Source of the DNA: Phoronis australis
Lineage: Eukaryota > Animalia > Phoronida
Direction of reading: 5' to 3'
Assembly: GCA_002633005.1 (NCBI GenBank)
Contig: NMRA01000058.1
Span: 573,508 to 637,507, forward strand
DNA: 64,000 bases
Part shown: one piece after another, positions 24,377 through 35,358 of the stretch
Layout: each line of letters starts with the position of its first letter
Numbering within the stretch: position 1 is the stretch's first letter
The notes under the pieces: generated by a model
The model's database searches: none
What the model was told of the DNA's origin: nothing
The model's input: only the letters and a program-made list of their open reading frames with translations
Program-made: the position numbers and the translations under genes

Positions 24377-26221
24377 CAGGCCCGTAGCCAGTGGGGTTCG
24401 GGGGGTTCGGTAGGGTGTGTAAGAGTTGAATAGGTTTATTTACATTGTTTACAAAAGAGTTCAGTTCCAATCACTAGCAATCTTGATTCTTGAATTTCAC
24501 TAAAGACTCATTCTCAATTAGGGACACTATATGAAGCACGGGCCAGCGACAATCACGGCGGTTTTAAATTTAAGAAGACTGACAAGGGTAGCTTACTAAT
24601 TACATTCAGTTTCAACCCGGCCGTGGGAGTAGTTCCGGTGGGTGAGGTTGAAGCGCAGCGGCCTTAAACTTTTCTGTCGCGCTGTGAGATGATGCGATCT
24701 TGACATGAGATAGATGAATGTATCGTGGTCGATAATTCATCAACATTCCTAATTCATATTCTTTTAGAAATGCAAGTACGTACTCAGCCCCAGACAAATT
24801 TTATGATGCCTATTCAGCTCGCGCTTTGTATTGATGTAAATTTGAGGCAGAGCTAATGACGTCGAAAGGTAATACATAGCACTAGTGTCTCAAGAATGAT
24901 GGTTGTTAGTACACCCAAATTGGTTTTCTGTGGCATTTGCGCAAAGTTGCAGCCAGCAACTGTAGAGAGCAGTTTTAACTTGGTACATTTTAAATATTAT
25001 AAAATGACTAAAAAGTTAATTTATGTTTATCTTGACCGTGGACAGCTTCCGAAAGGAACGATGTTTTTAAATATGTTTCATACCGATTTATGTTATTTCA
25101 TTTTGCTACTTGTTTTTTTCTTACCAGGAACAGGTTGATATCTTTTATTTTTAAACTTGAAGTATCAAAAACAGTAGTAGATTTGATCACCAACGAAACT
25201 TTATTAGTTAAGTTAATTATGAACCCAACCCTGAACTTTCCAGATTACATCTACATTAAACATTTCACAGCGAACAAAACCACATGTTATTAGTTCAAGT
25301 TTAATCTTTTTTTGAACTCAAATCATGAAATGTATACAAAAGTGCAATTGGTGATAGCCAAACTGAAGATTTGGAATCTCTGGACGATTTCGGTTGCACT
25401 AACTACATAACTATTTTAGCTTTTTGTCAGCCATAAAAATATAGAGTGGGCACAAGTTAAATACAACTGTTTCCTAGTCAAAAATCTGGTTAAACGAGAT
25501 TGAAAGAATATTTAAAGAATAATCCATGTGATATATTGGTAACTCTGATCTGTGATCGGCGTTTGTAAATCCCTCGATTGTATCGATACACATGGTCGTT
25601 TATCTTCAATCGTACCCAATGTTTGTAGTTTTTAGCTTTTTGAGTTCATCGATTTTTAGAAATCGAAAACCTTACTTGGTTGTTTTTTTTCCAGCTGAAT
25701 ACCGCCGTGGTATTCGTTTTTGACGAACATTATTGATTAATGCAATTTGAAAATTCTCCATTATATACAGGCAGTGATGATTACGATAGTTCATGGTCGG
25801 GTAATTACACTTAATTGAGTCTTGCTCGCGCAGGACATTGCGGTCAACACAACCGTATCCGACACGGGCGCCGCACTCTCTTTGGTAGAAACCCGCTCAG
25901 AAGGAAAGGCGGTGATTGTAAGCGTATTATTCACGGTATGGCGAGAACTTTAGTCTATATTTATGGATCACATTACGCCCGAATTTGATTCCTGTTCTTT
26001 ACGATCAATCGTTACGACATCCTCATTTCTGGTATTACAAATTCCGTCTTATCTCAGGAACATGGAGTTGAGAGCCATCGTTGCCGTGGATACAGATTTC
26101 CCTTCCCCATAATTAACCTGCTTCAAGCGCCTTACCAAGAACTCGAGTGTTGACGTTTGCAAAAGGTCTACCTTTCTAGAAATCCGAACCAACCCCCCGC
26201 CCAATGCCGGATACGGGCCTG
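24377..26221. mobile_element. Non-autonomous hAT-type TIR element (1.85 kb), deletion derivative of the family at 49625-52937
   Basis: TIRs CAGGCCCGTA / TACGGGCCTG, flanked on both sides by CAACG. Interior colinear and highly similar to ~50625-51030 and ~51505-52937. Confidence 0.9.
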
Positions 26222-26315
26222 CAACGCATAGATCGCTTATTATAATTATTGTGTAATTCACCATTTTAACGTATTACTGCATTTTGGGTTGCAATGTTGA
26301 CACCAACAAATTAAG

Positions 26316-27629
26316 AACAAGAGCAACGCAGAGAGTTCAAATGCGCCCACGAATGTAATGCAAGAGGTGTACTTCTAGGGTGTTTATTTGTATCATATAA
26401 ATAGCCACTAGATAGTGCAAAATATTTCGAATCCATCAAAAAACTGGAAAATGTCACCGTTTTTAAACAGAAAGCTATTTACATTTACCACATTTCCGTC
26501 AAGAAACTTTAAGAAAACGGAAAAATTGAAATTGCCACTAGGGGACAAAGGTTCATCGGATCCGTCTGAAAGTTGCCGTCTTCCGTTGTTAACGTCATAT
26601 AAATACACTTGCTAAATTTAATAATAAACATTCTGCAGAGTGCTTGGGAGATACAGCTACGGGCGCAAAAAAAACACTACCACTAGGAGGTGCCACAGTA
26701 GTTGAAGCCGGAAAATCATAGTCAACCGTCCTCTTCACACTAACAATATATAAGCCAATTTTCTCAATTATCCTAACAGTGGTTTGGTTGACAGGGCGGA
26801 CGGAAAAAACAGAGTAGAAAAAAGTAAAAATGGCCACTAGATGGCGCAACATGTGTTGAATCTACCTGAAAACCGGAAAATGTCACCATTTCTTTAAAAG
26901 ATAGCTATTTTACAAATTTCATGAAAATTCGTCGAAGAACTTCAGAGAAACAGAGGAAAACAGAGAAAAAATGAAATTGCCACTAGGGTGCAGTGTTAGT
27001 CGGATCCGTCTGAAAGTCATCGTCTTCCGTTGTTAACTTCATATAAACACATTTGCTGCATGTAATAAAGATCCTGTGGAACGTTTAGGAGATACAGTCA
27101 TGGGCGCAAAAAAAACAAAAATGCCACTAGGAAGCGCTACAATAGCCAAAGTCGTNCGGAAAATCATCGTCAACCGTCCTCTTCAGAGTAAGAACATACA
27201 TGCCAATTTTCGCAATAATCCTTAGAGTGGTTTGGTTGACAGAGGGACGGACGCCAAAAAACGGACTCGAAAATAGTAAATATGGCCACTAGATGGCGCA
27301 AAATGTCTTGAATCCATCCGAAAACGGTAGGATACAATCAACTCATTAATAGACGCCTATGTGCCAAATTTCCTGAAAATCGGTTGAGGACCTTTGAAGA
27401 TACAGAGGCAAACGTAAAAAACTAAAATTGCCACTAAGGGGCACAGCGATTTTCGGGTCGATCCCAAATTCTTCGCCCTCTGTCACCAACCCCATTGGAA
27501 TACACCTGCCAAATTTCAATAAGATCCTGCAAGAAGTTTAGGAGATACAGTCGCGGACGCCAGACGCCCGGACGCCCAGACAGAGATGACGGCAATATGC
27601 ACCCACATATTTATATGTGGGTGCATAAA
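26316..27629 (-). mobile_element. Helentron-associated non-autonomous element (HINE/DINE-1-like) with internal tandem repeats
   Basis: The 5' end starts in a T-run with a perfect 15-bp hairpin (27596-27627), followed by GTCT/GTCC-type microrepeats. ~145-bp subunits form a ~440-bp higher-order repeat. The 3' subTIR GTGGGCGCAT (26350-26341) is inverted relative to the 5' ATGCACCCAC, and the element ends in CTTGTT. Confidence 0.82.
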
Positions 27630-30589
27630 GAGTAAAAGATCAGTACATGCACGGGCTTCCCTTGATCGTTGACTCCGAGATGCCTGACATTTTGAAAGGA
27701 AGGTCAGTAATGCAAGAATTTTCTACCTCCGCGAGAGATTGATCTTCTGTCCGCGATGGGCCTATCAAAGGGAAGACATCATGGTTTTTATGTCAGAAAA
27801 TAGTACGCACTTATGATGACTGTTGGTTTAGACAGATTTCTAAGAGTTGATAGCTGTGACCCAAATTTATGTTGTACTTTTGTGATTTTAAAATGAATCA
27901 CTATTGTCGACGTTGTCTGCAGGCCTTCACTAAAATTCAAGCAATAACTTGACCCGGTAAAAGCGCTTATTACTCCGCTTAAGTGTGGTTTAGCTCCGTC
28001 AGTAGTCTTAGGATTGAGACTCCTGAAGATGGCGGTTCGACTTCGCGTTGAGAAGATCTCTTTTCTAGACGATAATGTCATTTTAGTTTAAGCGCAACAG
28101 GTAGACGCGTCTTTTGTGGCTTCATCGTAGCCCACTTTTCGTGTGAGACAGTAGGATTGATGTCATATCTGTTTACTAAGGAGGTGGACGCCCCAGAGTG
28201 CATACCAAGATTAGCCGCATTGTCAAGTTTGTGGAACATTTTAAGGACGTCCTCAACGGCTCTAGAGCACATAAACTGAACGTAACTTTGTTTGCGGATA
28301 GCAGTCCACCGAATTAAACAGCACCGCGGTGCGACTTTAACTGAGATCAAAACTGTTACTTGCTTTAGAAACAGGTTCTTAGTTGCTAGGGCGATTAGCG
28401 CTGTGGTCTTCGCGTACCGCCCGCCTAAATTTTTGCTTCTACTTGTAAACACATTCCCGCCGCTTTAAGATTATTCGTTCAAAACAGAATCACTTCACAA
28501 CTACTACCTTGAAGCTATTAAATGAAAACAAAAATAAATCAAATGTTTATATATTGACATTGTTTGTTAGGATAAAGTGAAATGCCTTTGAACTCACATT
28601 GCACTCAACGTTACATTTTTGTTGTTTTTTGTATGCCTTGATGCAATGAACAAGAGTATTGGTAAAATGTCCTTAATTTTTGCATTGAAAAAGATAAACT
28701 GGATGACATTCACAATGTGTGGAGAGAAAAGAGCTATGTTACTTGATTTTATGACATTCAAGAATTATTGAAAAAATGAAATATTAACGAAAACAGTTCA
28801 GCAGCTCAATCGAAGAGTTTTATGAGTAGGAAAATGGCACCGAGGGCAAGGAATAATGTGAGCGAGGAGGCTTGGTCCATCCCCGAGCAAATGAATGTTT
28901 TCCCGAGACGAGAAAGATGATCCGGGAAGGGTGAATATGCAACCTCGAGAGGAGAATAGTGTGCGCGGGAGAAGAATTGTGTGCGCAAACGAGCCCGAGC
29001 TGCGCACTGGCAAGAAATCTAGTCGCTTTGATGTATTGTTCGTCTGTGTGTATGGGCCATTTGAATGCTGGTTGGAATCGTTTCAGGTGGAATTTCAACA
29101 TTAACTATTGATTATCGGCTATCCAGGTCTTGCGTTCATCTGGATTTTACAAGTGCTGTGGCGCACGCACGACTGACCCTCAACACAGCGGCGGGCTTTA
29201 AACGCCTCCAGCAGTACAAAACGATGCCCGGGTCCCTAGTTGACTAAACCCGCCTAACTGAAATCATTGATAGCTACTACTACCACTGTGTTGGTGGCTC
29301 TTGTGCTCTCTATGATGACAGATTATCAGCAACAGATAGAGGAAAATTTTATATATATAGTCAAAAAATCTATTGGTCAGTATTTCTCATCTAAATCCAT
29401 GACTAATTAAGAGGTTTTTAACTGTCATTGATAGGTTGAGCTTTTTAATGCTAAACATCACACATTTCCCGAAATCTTTATCTCACATTCCGTCACAAAT
29501 TACCCGTAATCACAACTCTTGTTGACTTAACGCATTCCCGCATCTAAGGCTTTAAAGACTTATGATCGATATAAAATTGAAACAAACCAGTATTATATCT
29601 TATCAACGTACACTTCAGACGACAGATTAAGAAACAATAAAGGAGAAGTTTATAGAGTGAGCGCTGTCAGTCTGACTTTTGAAGAAGTCAAGCTGCGACA
29701 CATGGTGAGAGTGGGTAGGGAACTGACCAGGTATTTTAATATGGAAATAAAACGCCAATAAAAATAACCTGTTCTGGATAAATTGCATTTGATGTAACTC
29801 TAATTCAGGGTCAAATGAGCGTAAACGACAAATAACAAAACGTTTACATGCACAAATAAAGAACTCAAAAAGTAGGAGTACCGTCTGTTTTAGCCCTGAT
29901 GTTCAATGAACAAATGAACATAACCGCTAAATATATGTGTTAGGTGACAATTCTTAATAAGTTGGTGCATATCTTGTGAGTCGTTGTCCTCCACTTATAG
30001 AATAATCATCAAACGACTCAGGTTCACGGATTCAGAACATGACTTATGACATGAAATAACGAAACAATTTACTTGAAGACAAAACATCTTTCAACAGCAT
30101 GACCACGACAATGTCTGATTTGCATCCTCACTCATGGCTTTAGAAAAGGTGTGCCAAAAATATCACGTTCGACAGATTTGGTCAATCCATCTCCAAAAAT
30201 TGGGCCGTTTAAGGTCAACGGCAGGTGGCCCTTCAATTATTTTTACTAGTAGTTATCATTACAAGACAAGAGAGCCAATTTCGTGATTTTGAGATCGTAA
30301 GAGCAAACGAAATGCACATTTAATTTTCTAAAATAAATCCAACTTCCTCAACTATGGAATCAGTGCAAATCACCCATTTCGTGATTTTCATTTTTTGAAA
30401 ACTATTTCCCTTCGCCATAAGGCAGAGAACCCTAATCAAGCATCTCCTACTGAACACCTATATGTGTAAACTATGTTCATCTTCTAAATTTCTTGGAAAT
30501 TAGGAGAAAAACAGATTTGACGGTACACTCGAGTCACTAATATCTTTCCTCGTGACTGATAATGTTATTGTAACAACACGCTCCCCCCC

Positions 30590-30743
30590 AAAAAAAAAAT
30601 CTCCCATTTTTACTCATAATGTCCACAAACCCAAAAATTCGAGACCCCTACATCTCTACATTTTAGACTGGGCGCGCATGAGGCGAAATTCTGGTTATTC
30701 CTGTGCCCTAACCCCCCAACTCAAAATCCTGGATCCGCCCCTG
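30590..30743. mobile_element. Orphan right end of a hAT-type MITE
   Basis: C-runs followed by AAATCCTGGATCCGCCCCTG, resembling the right end at 38785-38803. No left TIR was found and the left boundary is arbitrary. Confidence 0.45.
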
Positions 30744-31811
30744 TAGTGTGCCTGATTAAATAAACGTAAGTTTGAAACAATACAATTAATGGACATTTCT
30801 GTTTATTATTTACCTGAAATAGAAACTACTTGTAGTCAGAAATGGTGTCTAAAACCTTTTCACGCCATCAGAAAACTCATCATTAAGGTCGTATGCAATA
30901 TAGTAAAACGTGTGCCCTAAAGCCACCACGTGTGGCGAGGATGGCAAACCTGTTTCGTGATAGGGCAGTTACAAGGACCCGTGCTTCACGTAGCAATCCC
31001 TTTTGTTAGAGAAAAGAATTTGCTTCGATAGTGACCAAGAATTTTGAGCCAAGCTTTTGAGAGTTTCTTTCACGGTTACAATGACTGTAAATGGGATTGG
31101 ATTGCACTTCTAACAGTTCAAAATGCAGCTATCTTTCACAGGCAGAGTACCTCTGCTTAAATCATTCAGTTCGTGACTCCGTTTTCCACTGCTATTTTTT
31201 CTTTTTTAAAATCGCTGTGCACTTTTATATTGAGTTAAAAACTCCTAAGACGTCAAGGACTTCCTATTGTACACAAAAGTGTACAGATTATATGAATGTT
31301 CAATAATCCAATTCATTGGAAATCAGGGATCTAAGACTGAGACGGGAGCGGAAAACTACGATGACGAAGGGGGTTGACAGCAAAACAAAACGTCCGTTAA
31401 TTACAACTTGGCATCTGCTCGTAGCAATAGTTTGCTAAATTTACGCTTCTCACGTGGCGTTGGTGCTTGCTGACAATTCTACTCTTGTACCAACTACTGT
31501 CGCGTGACTAACAACACACGCTTGCAATGACTATTTCAATGTAAAGGCATCAATTAACGGTATTTACTGATATCTGGTTTAACATACGATTTTTTGACTG
31601 AATGATGCGACAAGATCTATTTTTAGATCTGCAAGTGACACGTAATGTAAGAACGAACTGTTCTGTCAGTTTTGCAATCTTTTCTTGTTTTGTCGCCATG
31701 GGATGACACTACGTTTTACCAAAGGCAAAACTGGATTCAGTACAAACCGCGTTCTCCTCTCAAAGTTACCAGTGGGTGAACTGAGCATCTAAACATAGTG
31801 GTGGTACTTAC

Positions 31812-31889
31812 CAAGTCTTCCCCTGAACTGGGCCCTGCCGACTGTGACCGAGTCCGCGCCCTCGGCAACAGGTAGTTATTTTCAGACAT
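31812..31889 (-). CDS. Candidate alternative first coding exon of the SEA/Sushi gene (MSENNYLLPRARTRSQSAGPSSGEDL)
   Basis: 26 codons from ATG to a consensus donor TTG|GTAAGT in phase 0, matching the phase-0 acceptor at 15747. It lies downstream of a CpG-rich stretch (~32100-32500). Confidence 0.55.
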
Positions 31890-34800
31890 CTATTGAGTCT
31901 TGGATATCAGCCGACGCAGCCATCTCATTTTCCAACTCGATACCAATATTAATGAAGTGCCTCGTTTCAAAAATTGGAAAAATAACCCGCGACTTCACCT
32001 GTGTCGAACTTGCAGAGCCCGAGCTCAGTACTCATTCATACACTCTTGTGACACCCCGCCCGATAACTTGTCCAATATTGTGAATAGCCAACTCGTAACC
32101 TTTGTCGAACATGAAATTCCACACAAAATGACGTAATCAGGTCGTAACGCACACTGTTTGCGAGCGGCCTCGGCTCTTCTCCTTCGCTCTTGTCTTATAT
32201 TACACGTACTCTTCAAAGCTTTCGATTCTGGTGTTTTTTGTGACTAACATTTACCGTAGTCTCTCGTCGCTAAATCTCCCTTTGCTCTTCGCTTCGGTCT
32301 CGGGTATCACGTACAGGTTCACACGGTCGTCAGCGGGCGAGGACGTTTCAATGCCAGGATATTACGCAACTTAGGGTGGAGCTGCTTTAGTCTGTCGTGC
32401 CTATTCTTTTCGGCTAGTGACTCAGGCAGCTTTTTGTTAAAAGTACCCGCGGCCGGCTGCCGAGAAGTATAGCACCGGGGAGGTGCATGGGATCGATTTA
32501 GCAACATGTTTCTCATTTTTAAATATTAAGACAAGCGTCAATATGGTCAGTTAATGTTTACACTTTCTCAAGCTGTATTAACTAAAAAATGAACGTCATC
32601 GCGCTACCGAATATTGCTAACTTTAATGGCATGTCTCTTACCAATGGCTCGTGTCCAATTGCCGCCACATCACAAATGAGAGTTCTCAGATAGCTTCATT
32701 TAATTTTTGTCATTGACATAAAAAGGCTATTTTCCAACTGGAAAAGGGCCGTGCTCATGTTGACTATTGAACGGCAAAGCGCCTTTGAATTTGCGCACTT
32801 CACATCAAGCGTGTGCCTGGCCATTTCATATTAGTAAGATTTTTATTTAAGTGCAATGCTTGGGCTCTTGAACGCCTTCATTACCAGTGGTCGACGTTCT
32901 GCAAATCCAGAAAGTTTTTAAATGTCTGATGTCTGACACCACATATCTTTGTCATCTACACAAGATACCAGTGTGTCACCATCGAGGATCTGGTTTGTGG
33001 GTTGCCCGATTACCGTTTAAAACATACTTGAGAAACTGCGACCTTGTCCTACAATCCGTGGCAGATATCACACGTGGCTAACCGTAAAAAGCGGGTCAAT
33101 GGAGAGTCTTGTCATTTTCACTTTAATGAGAAGGAATAATTCTAACGTCTAAAAAACACTTCTGGTTTTCCACGTAGTCGGATCTCATAAGCGATAGTTT
33201 GATCTTTTCATCTTTTTTGAATATGCAAATTATAGCCCTCGAAAGCACGCGCACTCTCCTGACGTTACTCACTCTTAGATTATTATATGGTTTATTTGCG
33301 TTCCAAAATAGCCTACATACATAAGTCAACTCAAATACTGAGATAAACAAAATATGAATGCACGGATAATTTTAAAGGGGCAAGTCCCGAATTCGGAGGA
33401 TTTCATCCGCGGCGCTGCTGACATTTTTCAAATGGATTAGGTGGGGCGGTTGTCGACTCATAAACATGCGATGACGTCGCAGGCAATTTGTGGACGTCAC
33501 GGTAACCTGATTCACGTTTAAGGAGGCGTGATTTGACTTCATCGGGATCGGATGGCATGTGCTACAAGAATCTTACGCACTATAATGCCCGTTAGGGGGA
33601 GCCCGCATTTTGAGAACCAATTTTCTCCACTGAATAGCAGGCATGAGACTGGTTCTCTGCACGGAATTAAAAGGCACAATTATTGTGATGAGGAGATCAA
33701 TGTGCACCCTCGCTGAGAGCATATGGCCAATTTTTGTTGCTAAGTTACGCGACGTCATTTTTTGTGACTATTCCTGAGCCGCAATAGATTGGAAGCGTCT
33801 AGTCTTTGCTAGGTAATAGTAGTTGTTTGGGGTTGGTTTTGTGTTTTGTATAGTTGCCTCTAATAAAAATAAATTAGTTTCACATGCGTTGCCGTAACCA
33901 TTTAATAATCTTTTGATTGATAATCAAAGTGTTAAAAATTACTATATTTTTTCATAAAACTGCTCTAGAACCCATCTTTTTCATTTTCCAAGTTCAAATT
34001 TTCCCATATATTCGAAACAGTTGTATTATACGAGCTAAATAAACTTGCAAAACATGTTTATCTTCCTTGTCCTTTTCGCAAATTTATTACTCGGAATTTT
34101 GATGTTCTTTCTGAAGTTTAACGGTCGATGAACAACTCCAAATGAATTTAAATGAAATAACCTGGCACCCGATTGTTCTTCTGGAAATTGATGATTCATT
34201 GACATAAAAAATTCTAGAAATCTGTGAACCGCTAGTAATGACAATAGGTTATGGAGGAGACGTGGGCCCTGTTGCTTTAACGCTTGCCGTTTGATTCAAC
34301 GTAGATACATGACGCCTATTGACTCAGTGTCAATACACTGTTTATTTGAAAGTCATTTCGGAGTCGAAAGCGTGAACGCAATAGAATAATCAAGTTACTT
34401 TTTAAGGCATTTACAATAGCAAATGTAGGGAACGTGTTTCCTGAGACAACCCGGTAGCTTCATAGTAGGTATTGTAAAAATTGTTTATATTACTTTTTCA
34501 GCGCACAACGCGTCACAAACCCACGATGATTACAACTCTCCCCTTTTATAAAGCATTCATCAATTTCGTAGAATATGATTATTGGACTGAATACAAATTC
34601 ACTAAGAAAGTAAATAAAATATTAATAACCCTATATTTGCTCAGTGTGTGGTAAAACCGGGTGGTCTTATGATAAAGCGCACTTCAAACAGAGTGCAAGA
34701 TCTACTTGGATCGAAATAAATTACGGAAATAAATTCGAAAAACGAAAACACTGTTCTTGTAATGGATTATGTGTTTTATTCGAGCAAAAGTAAAACTCGT

Positions 34801-34957
34801 GAAAACATGATTTTTGTGCTTATGGTTTTTATCGAGATCAAACAAGTTGATAATTTAAAAGTTTGTCTATCCAATGATGATTCCGAAGTTATTCATTCGT
34901 ATTCGGCGATGGACACATTAATAACCTATGCCCCCACGAAGCCATATTATTGGGTAA

Positions 34958-35072
34958 CAGGTCACTTCTTCGAAGGTTCATTACTCCCAACGAATGTCAC
35001 TACTCCGAACGCCCAATACCGCGTAAAAACACTACTCCGGTCTCGATACTCTGAAAGATCGCTGCTCTGAAA
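34958..35072 (+). repeat. Degenerate ~16-bp tandem units (GGTTCACTACTCCGAA-like), same family as the arrays at 50456 and 51275
   Basis: GGTCACTTCTTCGAA GGTTCATTACTCCCAA..GTCACTACTCCGAA..CACTACTCCGG..GATCGCTGCTCTGAA. Confidence 0.55.
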
Positions 35073-35164
35073 AAAGTGTTTGAGATTTTTATTTGTACTC
35101 GAAAACGACTCGATCAATTTCCACGGACTCATCGGCTTCCTGGGTCAGCTGACATCTTCATTTT

Positions 35165-35358
35165 GTCCGTAAACCGTGTTTGGCGATCTGTTAACCGTGT
35201 TTCCTCGTGAATATGAGTCCTTGTCCCGTGTATTTGGGTACGTGGATCGTGTTTTATGAGTCCGTTCCCGAGTTTGTGAGTCGGTGGACAGTGTTTGCAG
35301 GTCCGTGAGTCGTGTTCATGCGTCCGTGCCCGTGTTGACGAGCCCGTTGACCGTGTGG
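35165..35358 (+). repeat. Degenerate minisatellite, ~21-bp unit (GTCCGTnnnCCGTGTTTnnnn), about 9 copies
   Basis: Recurring GTCCGT..CGTGTT at ~21-bp period. Confidence 0.6.

Noticed and set aside
28078-28452. 124-aa minus ORF, superficially THAP-like
   Set aside because: Lacks the C2CH residues, has a non-ATG start and no splice support.
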